Assembly: GCA_030248215.1 (NCBI GenBank)
Contig: JASANG010001881.1
Coordinates: forward strand, 1 to 64,000
DNA length: 64,000 bases
Direction: 5' to 3'
Source of the DNA: Enoplolaimus lenunculus
Taxonomy: Eukaryota
The position numbers were made by a program, and so were the translations under genes. Positions 1 to 12,276 of the stretch are shown one piece after another; position 1 is the stretch's first letter; every line of letters starts with the position of its first letter. Below the pieces are notes generated by a model. That model worked only from the letters and a program-made list of their open reading frames with translations, made no database searches and had not been told where the DNA came from.

Positions 1-1209
1 TAAGCGTTAGCGTTGCAAAAATGAGTCCCTAAGCCTCAGGCTAAGCCAAAAAAAGTAATCTAGAATCGACACCTACTCTTTTATACACCTACCAGAAACC
101 AGGACGCCACTTAAAGTAAAATGGGCCGATATTCTCATAACCTCCGCTGGTTATTCCACGCTCAAATTTGTATATTTGAAAAATTTGATTTTTTAAGGAA
201 CTAAGGTATGATACCCGATTTGGACCTTAAATTTTTTGTTAAAAGGGAGACAAATTATGTATAGCATTAGACGCAGCTGTTGGAGCTGAGTCAAACAATG
301 TTAAATTTTCTGCAATCAAACGTCTGGCTAACGAATTATGGACAAATAACTGATTTGTTACCAATTATTTGGGACGGTGCCAAATCAGTTATTAAACCAC
401 AACTTGTTAACCAGAGGTGTAACTATAAAAATTTAACACAACTGGACTCAGCTGCACAAGCTGCGTCGAATGGTATGTAATTTGACGAACGTTTTAACAG
501 AAAAATTTTTGGGTTCCAAAAATGAATCTTGGGATGAGCCACCTTAAAAATCAAATTTTCCGAAAATACAAATTTGGTCGTGGAATGACTAAGAGAGGTA
601 ATTTAAACCTCAAATATGGCACAATTTTCAAGAATCCAACCGTCTTTGTGCAAACGCCAGATGGAGTGGATATACCGAAAAGTACCAGCAGTTTAGTTTA
701 CTATTTTCACACGGGTACGTTTGAAACTCAACTATACATGGGCCGACAAAAGGCCGCACCGACAAAAGGAAGTGTGGACAAAAGGCCGTGCGCAACAGAA
801 ACATACCTCAGTAGGCAAAAGGCCGTCGAGACAAAATGCCAACCAGTTTTTTAGTCTCCGCCGTCCTGCATATCACCAGACGTTTAGGTGTTTGCATTTA
901 CTGCCACCTCTGGTAGGTGCGGGACTGCCTCGGTCGCGTTCCAATATGGGAATAATGACCCGAGAAATTTTTCCTGAAACTCAGGGTCTGGACAGCGTTT
1001 TGTCCAAACGGCCTTGGTTTCCAGACGGCCTTTTCTTCATGCGGTCCTGAGTTCGGCGGCCTTCTGTTCGGTCTCCTGATTATAGCGTCGAAGCGTAATT
1101 TATTGTAGTGTATATGAACAAGACAATTTGCTACTGTATGTTTCACTATCCGCACTGTAGGAGTGTAAAATTTTTTGACTTGAAGGCATTCAACATAGTA
1201 AAAAGTTCT

Positions 1210-1647
1210 GGCCCATGTATAAACATCAGGGGCGGAACGTTTTGCTGTCGGACTAGAATAGAGTAAGCTTCAGCTTTAGAGTAACTTTTTGCTTGGCTTT
1301 GGCTTAGGCGGACTAGGCTTAACACCTACTTTTATGCTAGGATTCGAACTCCAGTGATTGGAGTGGGACGCGCATACCATCACCACTCAGCTATAGCAGC
1401 TTGATGCTCGAGCCCGAAGGGCTATCACGTATTGTGGTAATTTAGTACTATGTATACGTGTTGCAATTGTTAAACACAGTGCGATATATACTATTTAACG
1501 TATATACACTGCGCTGAGTTGCCTACAAGCAACTCAATGTGAGAAAGGGTTAAACTCCTTCGTCACCTTAGGCTTAGGCTTTAGGCTTAGGCTTAAGCTT
1601 AGGAAAATGATTACAATACTGTTCCGCCACTGTTCTTTACATTTGCC
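1210..1647 (-). mobile_element. GGCC-TIR telomere-repeat MITE (Merlin-like) with nested piggyBac-like insert
   Basis: TIRs GGCCCATGTATAAACATCAGGGGCGGAAC / GTTCCGCCACTGTTCTTTACATTTGCC; perfect 8-bp TSD AAAGTTCT. Confidence 0.8.
1323..1549 (-). mobile_element. Truncated copy of the piggyBac-like tRNA-carrying MITE
   Basis: Reverse-complement match to 42909-43130; ends ...GAGAAAGGG|TTAA, with TTAA also at 1319-1322. Confidence 0.75.
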
Positions 1648-3638
1648 AAAGTTCTTAAGTTGCCAAACGCAATTGAAAGACTAAATTTCAGCGAATCATT
1701 TTGGTTTTATCTCTGTCGGGGTGGGATTACGCGTGAGTGCCCCCACTTGGATCGGCAATAGACTGTCAGAAAAAAAAAGATAACCCCCTATTTGACATTT
1801 GGTAATCGTATTTCAAAATTTATACGTGCTTTATAGTTGTGAATGCTATTATTGCAATCACAATCAAATACTTCACATGTGGGCCAATGTTACTTTTCGC
1901 GCCGTAATAGTAGATTAAACATATTCCTATGGCTAAGCCTACGCGTTGAAAAAAGTGTATTTCTAAGCCTAAGTCTAAGCAAGAAATGTCGTCCTGAACC
2001 TAAAACCTTAAAAGTAACATTGAACCTAGAATGTTTTACAGTCAAAACTTGAACCAATCAATTTCAATATCTGGTTGAACAGCGGTTGAAACAGCGCCGC
2101 TGTTAAGATCTGATCATGATTGTGAACGAGACAACGCAGGCCTGTCAGAGAATAACGTTGTTTCTTCACTGAATCCATCTCGCTGTCGTATCAGCGATAA
2201 ATGAAATTCAAAAATAACCTAAAATATATTTCATTTGGTTTTGCCTGGTTCATGTAGACGTTTGTCCATAGATTTTGGTTCCTCTGTACTCGAAGCGTTC
2301 CGGCGGATGACGCTGCGCTCCACTGGACGCTGTTCTTTTTGGGTTCATGTAAAGATCACTGTTGGAACGTTTTTCTATGCGACAACCATAGAATAAAGCT
2401 TATGGGTCGTCCACGTTTTACTGTCTAGGCTACTGTAAAAAATTGTGCCCACATACGTGTCCCTAAGTTCCTAATTGCAGCGTTTATAGATTATTAATCC
2501 AGAAGTCAGTCACATTATGTGTACACAATACACCCGGCTGATACCAGAGAGTCCATCTGAACGGCGTATACTTTGTCACACTATCGCACATACAGATGCC
2601 ACTTTGTCAATACGTTATAGAAAGAACAGCTGTTTTGTCCTGAGTCTGCCAGAAGGACATTCGCTTATCGTACGACACAAAATCTGTCCGAAGGGACTCT
2701 GTTAAGCGATTATACAGAGTCTGTGCGAAGGAACTCTTATTGTCAGGCTGTTTCCAAACAGTGACCGCATTGATCCTACTCCGTCCGAAGGGACTACCGC
2801 CACAACGAACTAAGTGAACAATTTTATTACAGTAGCGTAGACAATATAACGTGGACGACCCATTAAGCTTTAACGTAAAACTAGTTCTAGCTTTCAAATG
2901 TGTCAGGCTTCTACTCGTTTTGCTCGTGAATGTTATTCACAATTTAACCTCTGAAGCGATGTTTTCAAGGGCTTCAAAGGCCACAGGCATAGCAGGCATT
3001 ACAATAACCACCAGGCCGCTAAATGTAAAAAATTTCTCGCTCGCTTTGTAACGTAAACTTTTTTCTCCGAACGTTTTCTAAACAGCTAAATTCGAGGGAA
3101 TGGTCAGGCCAACCTAAAATACGGCATGGGAAAATCTGGGTCCACTACTGCGTAGAAGCCCACCCTGGAATTTTGGGGAAAACCCCCAACCCTTACCTGT
3201 TCCGTGCCACTGCCTTTGCTTGATCCATTACCTAAACTTAATAATTAATCTTTCCCCTAAAAACCCTTAACTTTGAATATGTTACAGAAGCGTCACTGCA
3301 AAAAATGGTGAGTCAAATTAACTCTCTCCGAAATAGGCTTTTCCTGACTACACAAACTGAGTCAAAATTCGACTACTGCCTGGATATCCAGAATCGAATT
3401 CCGAACGACAGTTCCTATTCGTACCTTGATTAATTCTTCATCAATGGCATTTTCAAGCGCAATAATTTCCAGTTCAGATGCTTGCGGATTTCGGCCCAAT
3501 CGTTCGAATTCTTTTCGAAGCCTGGTGGCGCAAGCAGAGTCAAGTTGAAATTTTTCAGCAATTCTTCCGTCTAATTCAACACTTTGTCGTGTCATATTGG
3601 CATTAAAGCTTTGTATCTCTTAATGTATTTGCAACATA

Positions 3639-3899
3639 AGCCAATGTAAAGAACAGGAGCGGAACAGTATTATAAGCATATTATTAAGCCTAAGCCTAAG
3701 CTTAAAACCTAAGCCTAAGCATAAGTAAGAATGAACATATTCTTAAGCCTCAGCCTAAGCCTATGCCCAAGCGTAAGAATGAGCATATTCCTATGCATAA
3801 ACCTAAACCTAAGCCAGGCATAGAAATTAGTCTAAACCTCAAACTTACTCTATTCTAGTCCAACAGAAAAAGATTCCACCCCTGATCTTAACATGGGTC
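3639..3899 (+). mobile_element. Merlin-like telomere-repeat MITE
   Basis: Family TIRs, CCTAAG core, TSD GCAACATA/GAAACATA (7/8). Confidence 0.75.
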
Positions 3900-6800
3900 G
3901 AAACATAAATGGATACACATAAACACACACATAAATATGTTCATAAATGACCCCAAGCACTCCATACACCCCTTCGATCCGTCAATGGAAAGGCAGTTTA
4001 CAGCATAAAACGAATTGACCGTAAATTGAATTTTACACAGGTTTCAACTGCTTAAATCCATCTGATTGAAGAATAAAACGGACAAACTTATTTGAGTATT
4101 TTGTTTTTTAAGAAAATCCTAATGATCCTAAAAATAGACAGCTAAGAGCAATCAATGTTCTGATCCAAAAGAAATTGGGGAAACATACCCCTGTCTATCT
4201 TTCAGTCGGAGAAGGCTTAGAGACTGCGAGGCATAGGCTTAAAGGTTTAGGTTTACGTTTTAGGATGGTGCTAACATTTCGACATACGGTAACGGTTTGA
4301 CTTAGGTTTAGGCTTAGACGTAGCGGCCAGGCACTTAAAATTAGCATTGGCCATCGCAGTTGTTATAAAAATTTTGTCAAAGATCCATTTTATTAGTGCA
4401 ACAAATTTAAATGTTACCAGTGCTGGTGAATGCGCACCCCTGAACCGCCTTACTGGGGATACTCCGACTCTTGGGAGCCCCATATAGGCATACTGACTTG
4501 TCTCGCGGAGTCGGAAGTTTAGAGCTACGGAACAGTTTATTGGGGTCCCTCGGACACCTGTTTGGGAGGCCGATAGACTTATTTCTAACACTGGATCTGA
4601 ATGTTAGTTTAAAAAACTACGTCCCACGTGGCTGTGTTTAATCGAACTTTTAGTTGACCAAACTAAAACAATGAATTACAGGTTCTTCAAGATATAATAA
4701 TATTTTCGAACCTAAAACAGGTGCTTTTATTAGTTTTCAATCGACAAACAGGTTCAGCGGTAGACAAACCAGAAAGTTTCTGGGAAATCCCAATTCAAAA
4801 AGTCGACATTTTCAACGAAAAAAAGGCCAAATGTAAAGAACAGGACCGTAACGGTTGTATAAGCATATTCGCAAGCTTATGAAACCTAAACTGAAGCCAA
4901 AGCCTAAGCGTAAAAATGAGCTTGTAACTAAACCTAAGCGTACGCAAAAAATAGTCGGCACATTTAAAGATCTGGGTCGGAACGTTTTTCTCTGAGACTA
5001 GAATAGAGCAACCTTAAGGTTTAGACCTTAGACTAATTTTTTGGCCTGGCTTTAGGCTTAGGCTTAGGTTTAGGCTCAGGACTACGCTCATTCTTACGCT
5101 TATACTCAGGCTTAAGCTAAGGTTTAGACTTTAAGGAATAGGCTTATAATACTGTTCCGCCCCTGTTATATACATTGGTCAAACAGTCTAATGATCAAGC
5201 TTACTCTATTGCCGTAGATAAGCGTTCTGCCCCTGATCTTTACATTGGCCGAAAAACGTAGATCCGAAACGAATAAAAATGTCAACAAAGAATAAACTGG
5301 TGTTGTAAGTTTTGTCAAAAATTAATATTAAAAATTTATCCTTAATAAATCGGAGAGTTTGCAATAACATTTCTAAAAATGATAAGAATATTTTCCTTAA
5401 GCACAAATTTTTCTAGTTCTTTTAGAAACAATTTTGAGACAAAGGCATGACTGCCGGCTGGGGGCAGAAGACTAAAGGCACAAATTTGTTATAAAAATGT
5501 TCGTGGATGGGCAAAAAATGCCCAAAGTTTAACCGGTAAAAGCGTAAGTATTCTAAGCGTTCCAGCAGTTAAGACCTTCAGTTAGATCCATGGTAAGGAA
5601 GGCGACGAGCCGCTTTTTTGCGAAACTCAATAGAGTAAGTTTAAGCCTTTTAGACTAATTTTTTTGCTTAGGCTTAGGTTTAGGAACTTGTTTATACTAC
5701 TGTTACAGTCCTGTTACTTTGGTCCCAAGTTTCACGGGTGAAAACAATTATTGAATACCAAAATTTTCATGGTCGGGACGAGATTGTTTGATACGAGTCC
5801 GAGAAAGCCATCTGAATACTACGGTTGGAGCTTTTGTTGATTTGAAAACATGGGTATGGCTCAAGACCTTTCAAACACTCCTGAAATTTCAAATCTTTAA
5901 ATCCGCACTATGTAATTTACTAAGTACTTACAACGAGATAAATTCACAAATTTTCAAGCAAAAAAGATATTAAACACAAAAAATATGTTTAACAGCTTAG
6001 CGGATGCAAAGGAGGGGGCGGGCGGGGTGAGGGGTGCATACCACCCGTCAGAAATTTTTTGTGATAAAATGGTATGCTTCTTTACCTTACAATATTACCT
6101 TTAGAATATTGGCACATATATAGCATACAGTAAAAATTGCGTTTCATAACTTTTACCAGCCCGCCGTCCACAGTGACAAATTTCTGGAGGATTCGTCGCT
6201 GGTCTCTAGCATATTTTTGTACGAAATATTTCAATGCAAACAATATTGCTTAAAACGCATCAAAAGCTATTGTTCGCTGCAATTCGGTTGTTGTAAAATA
6301 CGCAATTTACTTATGAAATATTTAAAAGACACGAGAAACAGGAAATGTTTCAACACAAAAATAAAATTTTTGAAAAAAAACGAAATTTTTTTCTCAAAGT
6401 TTGCGTCCTTTGAAAAACAGACTTTTTGCAATGTTTTGATGGTCTGCGAACCAAACGATGCCAGATCCAGACAAAACGGATGTCATCTCCGATTGATTCT
6501 GCGAATGTGATAGCGTAACCCTAAAGTGTAAACGTAATGATGGGCGAAAAATTAGCAAGTCGACGAAATTTTGGATTACAAGTTGTCAGGCGACGAATTG
6601 TTATGATACCATAAGATTCATTTCCACTTTCCCGGTTAACTCCACTCTGACTGTGATCATCAAAGATTTCTCGACAAAAACGAACGTTTTTACAAATCAA
6701 AATCTAATGAATAAAATGCCTAAATATCGTCACTCACGCAACGTTTGAGCATTAAGTTGAAATGAGTCAGAGACTGAAATATAAGTATAAAATTTTCTAT

Positions 6801-7363
6801 ATATACATACATACATATATACATATATATAGTATTTAAATATTTTATGTTAGAACCACGTGGATATCTCTTTGTAAAATGCTGCTTAAACCAGATGTCA
6901 AGGAAATACGCCCGAATGGTGGAGGGAACAGGGTAGACCAGGGCACACTTACGAGACGCGAATGTTGCTTCCAAAAAGGCAGAGTCAATAGGAACGATAT
7001 TCAAGAAATATTGTCAGAAATTTAAAACAATTATGTATTGTTACTGACTCGTCAAGATTTTTATTTCTTATTATTTTTGGAAATATGGTCTTAAATTTTT
7101 CAGACATTAAAGTCTGAAATTTAAGACGTTGTTTCATCAACTATTTAGACAAATCGTTTTGAAACATGAGACAAATTATGTCAGAAATACGAGACATATG
7201 TTTTCAAGGGAAACGATTCTAAAATTGAGGGCTAAAGCTAAAAAATACCGCATTTTTACAAGCTAAAATACGCCCAAGACATTAACTTAGGTACAGTTGA
7301 GCGTAAGTTCAATCCTAAATATCTTTGAAATTCAATTAATTAAATACACTCCTAAGCGTATAA

Positions 7364-7899
7364 TGGAGCATCCACGTTATAACGCTCGCGAAAAAGTAAA
7401 AATTGTCCTGTCCCTCCGAGGATCAACGTTGTGTGAACAGAGTGGGCTAAGACAGTAGGTCTAACGCGAATAACTTATCCTTACAGAGTACCGACAATAA
7501 ACATAGCCAGTTTGCAAGCTTATATTTGTCTTAACCTTACGGCAATAACATGTTTTTGTCCCTATGCCATATGCACAGAGTACAAATTTACTGAGTCCCT
7601 CCGAAGGGACTATTTAAACAAAACTGTGTGCGTGTATATACGCAAACTTCACACATTTCAAATAAAATGCTTTAACAATATTTGCATTACTGCACATACC
7701 TTAAAAAGTCCATACACCCAAAAAACGCCATGTGTTTTGTCCGAGTCCCTTACGACAGACTGCCGACAAACACCACTATCTAAGCACACCATTATTTATG
7801 TCCAGACACTCTAGCTACAATTGCAAAACGTACTCTCTTTGTAGGGGTAAACTGGACATTTTTTTGCATCTGCGCAAGCGTTATAACGTGGATTCTCCA
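7364..7899. mobile_element. PIF/Harbinger-like MITE
   Basis: TAA|TGGAGCATCCACGTTATAACGCT ... AGCGTTATAACGTGGATTCTCCA|TAA. Confidence 0.7.
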
Positions 7900-8745
7900 T
7901 AATAAAGCAACTTTTTTACATACATAAAAATCTGAAAATTAGCCTTGAATATAAAACAACTACTTCTTGAAAGAAAATATATCTTATAAATTGGCAACAG
8001 TAATTTCTTAAATATAAGACATTTTTGTTTAAACTATTTCAAACATTAATTTATGAGCTGTCTAAAGGCTGTTGAAAATTTAAGAAAGTGAGTGTTTTAA
8101 AATTTCAAGACAATTTATATTGTGTGCCCTTTACAATTTTTCCGTTCAGAAATTATTTTTGTAAAAAAATACAATTTTTACCCTCAGAAATTTTTTGTGA
8201 TATAAAACGTTACAATTTTTCCCACAGAAAATGTTTTTCTGACCCAACGATACCACACCTGCGTTATAATTTTTGCGTTTCATAATATTTGCCAGCCCAA
8301 ACCAGAGCAGAAATTTTCCGATCCGACTGTGTTTTCTGTGAACTTGATTTATATTCGTATTCGAATTGAAAAATTAACCGTAAAAGTTGCGCTGTAAAAT
8401 CGTATAAAAAGTAAACTTTTAGTTTCATTTAAAATTTAAAATGTTTAAAAAATTTTCATTTTGAACGCTTTAGTTTCAGCGAAACAAACGGTGCTATCAG
8501 GGTCAGATTCAAAAAATTTTCATAACGGAGCATAGATTAGTGAAAAATACAGGCAAACGATGCAAGCTAGAAGCCAAACGCTATTTTAGCGCTATATCTT
8601 AATGTAAAGTTTTGGTTACAATTCGTGGTTGGGGGTCACGTCCTGGCTGTATCGCTTACGATCCGACAGTTGGAGGGTTTCCACTCGTATCGTTTCGTAT
8701 GTTATTTTTCGTAGACCTATATTTTTCTGTTTCAGTTTAAAAATA

Positions 8746-8747
<2 letters not shown>

Positions 8748-8821
<74 letters not shown>
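8748..8821. repeat. (TA)n microsatellite with (TAGA)n tail
   Basis: Seen directly in the sequence. Confidence 0.95.
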
Positions 8822-9356
8822 GCTAAATACCGTACAGATCAAATGACGAAATGACCTCAATAATTTCCCATAAAAATATTTAAAATTTATCAAATGGAAA
8901 GTAAGCAAATCAAAGCTTCTGCTCTAGGGGCCTCAGACGTATCAGATAGCGGCGTTACGAACCGTTTTATAGACCAGAAAAAACCAGCATTCCAGGATTT
9001 ATAGAGTATGAACTTGCTTGATTTTAAGCTTCAATTCAAAGTTACGCAGAGGTTAATATTTCTATCCAAAATCAACTTCAATGCCGCTTTTAACTCTTCG
9101 GCCTGTTTACCATTAAAAATACTAAGAAATGTTACAATTCTTTTGATCTGTTTTTAAAATTGTAATGTTTGTTTAAGGATAGTTTAAAAATACGATATTT
9201 GTTCGTTCCATGGTGGTTAAAGGCTGTGGGGTGATGGTAACGTTATTGTTACTGCATAAATTGTGAGGGTCGGCATATTATAATCGACCGACGGTATTTT
9301 GAGAGGCGTAACAGTAGTATAAGCATATTCCTAATTCAAAGCCGAAACCTCAACGT

Positions 9357-9589
9357 ACTCTGTAAATTCAAATGAGTTGATTTAATCAATTCAGCTAGCG
9401 AGTTAGTTATTTCTGAATTAATATCAGAAAACATTAACTCACTCTAAGTTGAGTTAATTCTGGGTGAGTTGATTAATTTACCCAGAATAAATTGAATCAA
9501 CTCAAAATTTAGAGTTCTGATTAGTCCTAACTGAGACTGAGTGATTCAACTCATTCTGAGTTAAAATCAACTCACCTAAATTTACAGTG
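9357..9589. mobile_element. Palindromic MITE (CTGTAAATT...GAGTTGATT family); second copy at about 16670-16890
   Basis: Inverted termini TGTAAATTCAAATGAGTTGATT / AATCAACTCACCTAAATTTACAGTG. Confidence 0.65.
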
Positions 9590-10070
9590 TACGGATAAGG
9601 CTTTAACAAAAAGTCTAAATACAAAATGGGTCATATTATAATCGGCCAACGGTAAATTTGAGGGGCGTAACAGTAGTATAAGCATATTCCTAGTTCAAAA
9701 CCGAAACCTCAACATCAGGATAAGGCTATCACTAAGCCTGAACGTAGAATGAGATTCAAGAAGTTCACGCTGTTATAGTCTTGCGAAAAAAATGGTTTGG
9801 CCCTCAAAGTAACATGGACCTTAATATAGTTTTTATCAATAGCGGTTTTAGCCAACGGACCACATATGAACCGAATTTATTTCTACTATTCGTTGCAATC
9901 ACTATTGTAACTCCCAACGCAGATTTGAACGCGGACCTATCGGTTATAGTTCGCTGCTAGCAAACACTGAACCACACAGGAAGTATAATTCGGGTTCCAG
10001 AGTGCCTTCGTGTATGGTGTATTTCGCAGTGACACGTGTATATAATACAATATGTAACACGTAGGTGCTA

Positions 10071-10509
10071 CTGTATTGACCCGAATAAGGGGTGTAATAA
10101 GAGGGGGTCCCCATTTTGAGTCGCAATCAATAGGAGTCCGTATCCCTAATAAGAGTCCGTAAGCGGATAGAGTCCCAAACCCCTAATTAGAGTCCATAAA
10201 TGTCAATTATCCCTATATCTAGCGCATAAATGACTCCAGGACCGAATACTTTGAGGTTGAAACTTTAAAACTTACTTAAATTTTGAAAATACAATCCTAA
10301 AAGTATAGCCTTTCATTATCGCTCAAGCTTTTAAGCAAGGTAAAAACCGTTTAATTCAACGGATAGTTGCAATACCGGATATATCAGTAATGATGGGTGG
10401 CGGAGCGTGGGTTAAAAATAAATAACAGTCCGTAACCGAATAACAAGGGGGGGAACCCTCTGAAGACGCCAAACAAGTATCAGTCCCCCTCTTATTCGGG
10501 TCGCTACAG
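10071..10509. mobile_element. TA-flanked TIR MITE (Tc1/mariner-like)
   Basis: TA|CTGTATTGACCCGAATAAG ... CTTATTCGGGTCGCTACAG|TA; partial copies near 53830 and 4470. Confidence 0.6.
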
Positions 10510-11406
10510 TATGTGTGGGGGTATCCCCAATGTGAGACTTTGGTCACAAGCCTTAGAGACTGAAGAGACGGACCTAACAGATAATTAGTTTGTGCTAAAT
10601 TTCCGTAATTTGATTACCATTTCTGGGGGGGACCTTGCGTTAAATATTGCAGTGCATTACCTAAATTGACCCGTGTGAAGATCAGGGGCGAAACGTTTTT
10701 CTGCGTGACTGCAATAAAGTAAGCTTAAGATTTAGATTAATTTTTGCTTAAGCTTAGGCTTAGATATAAGCTCATTATAACATATACAGTGCGTCTTCGG
10801 AATATGCTTATACTACTGTTACGGTCCTATTTTCGAAATAGAATTGACGCAAATAAATGCAGCGAGTTGTAGATATAAATTCGGTTGATAATCCTTAACC
10901 TAATAATTGAATTAATACTTAAAATTGTACAACGTAACTTTTAATTCCACTGAATAATCGGTTTCAAACAATTGCACCAAATAATTTGAGAAAATTTTTT
11001 ACACTGAAGAATTATTCGTATTCGTTTAATTAAAACTCACCAAACTTACAATTGAGCCAACTTAGGCTTAGTACCTACAATAAATTGACATGGGTCCAAC
11101 ATTTTGACGGAACTAAAGCTAAGGAATCGTGTTGAAAATACAGCATTTTGCATTTCGAACAAGCGTTTATTTTGACGAAAATCGTTGATGGCATTTTGGT
11201 ACACAAGCGATTCATTTTAGAGTTTTTCTGCACTAAAAAACATTTTAAAAGATACTGTATGTAATACGGAGTGTTTTAATTAACGTTTTTTTGAGTAAAT
11301 TTTCAAAAAAAAATATTTTAAACAATTAATAGTTAAAATTACTAAAATTGAAAAAAAAAAATTTTGAAAAATCACCAAATTGCAATAAAAAATGTTTGGT
11401 ATTTTC

Positions 11407-12276
11407 TCACTGATCAATTGCTAAATATCGATCTATGAGTTCCTTCGACGCTACCGTGTAATACCACCAATAAATTAAGTTAAATATAGCAAACATTAGC
11501 GGAAACAAGAGCCGGCAAATTTTATCGACCTTTGCCCCTTTCACACGAATAATTGAAGTCAGCCTGCGGGCAGCGCATCGTAGCATAGTCGTTTTACGTA
11601 AAGGTTCGACGCTGTTGAGCGTCGGCCTGTCTCGGGCGCGAATTAGTGGCATTAACGGACCGCTGGCATTGTTACCCGTAGGTGCTGACGGGTGGGACGC
11701 GAATCTTGGCGAGTAGAATGCCATTCCTCGGTTGGTAGTGAAACCTGTGGGATTTGGAGGACTTGTGATAAGGGTAGAAATGAGTGAAGTATCATCTGGA
11801 TTCTCTTGACGAGTAGATATATGACTTCCGGTATGATTATTTAGGGTTAAGGTTCCGGTTTTACCTCGCCGGATACGAAGTGAAGATCTTAGTATGGGTT
11901 GTGGGTACACTGGGTCAGTTGCATTAATCAACCCGTCAGAATCTTGACCAGAGGTCAGAGGGTAGCCAGCAGTTGCCTGGGCTGTGGATGAAATGTTATT
12001 GTTGAGGCAGCTGAAGTTAAACGCCGGAGACGGAAGCGGAACCGGATGTCGTTGTGATTTGTCACGATTGCGTTTTGAAGATGACCGGAATAGTGCCGGA
12101 CCGGAACAAATACTGGATTTGTGGGTGGAGCTAGGATTTTGAGACGAGATACAGTCGAAGCGAGCGCTACCTGGGGGTGCAGTCGAACAACTATTCGAAT
12201 GTTTGGAGAGTGACCGAAATCGTGGACTCGATGCTGGGAGGCTGATTGAGCTTGTACGCGATGGTACGTCGGTATC
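11407..12276 (-). CDS. LGIC shared last exon (long M3-M4 loop, M4, stop)
   Basis: TTTTTCCAG|GAT acceptor (phase 0), 290 open codons, M4 ending ...RYLAIDQ*. Confidence 0.9.
   Translation of the reverse strand, partial: DTDVPSRTSSISLPASSPRFRSLSKHSNSCSTAPPGSARFDCISSQNPSSTHKSSICSGPALFRSSSKRNRDKSQRHPVPLPSPAFNFSCLNNNISSTAQATAGYPLTSGQDSDGLINATDPVYPQPILRSSLRIRRGKTGTLTLNNHTGSHISTRQENPDDTSLISTLITSPPNPTGFTTNRGMAFYSPRFASHPSAPTGNNASGPLMPLIRARDRPTLNSVEPLRKTTMLRCAARRLTSIIRVKGAKVDKICRLLFPLMFAIFNLIYWWYYTVASKELIDRYLAIDQ

Noticed and set aside
522..1155. Overlapping ORFs of 85-110 aa
   Set aside because: The region is built from repeated AAAAGGCC / GGCCTTTT motifs typical of a non-autonomous element, and no protein motif was recognised.
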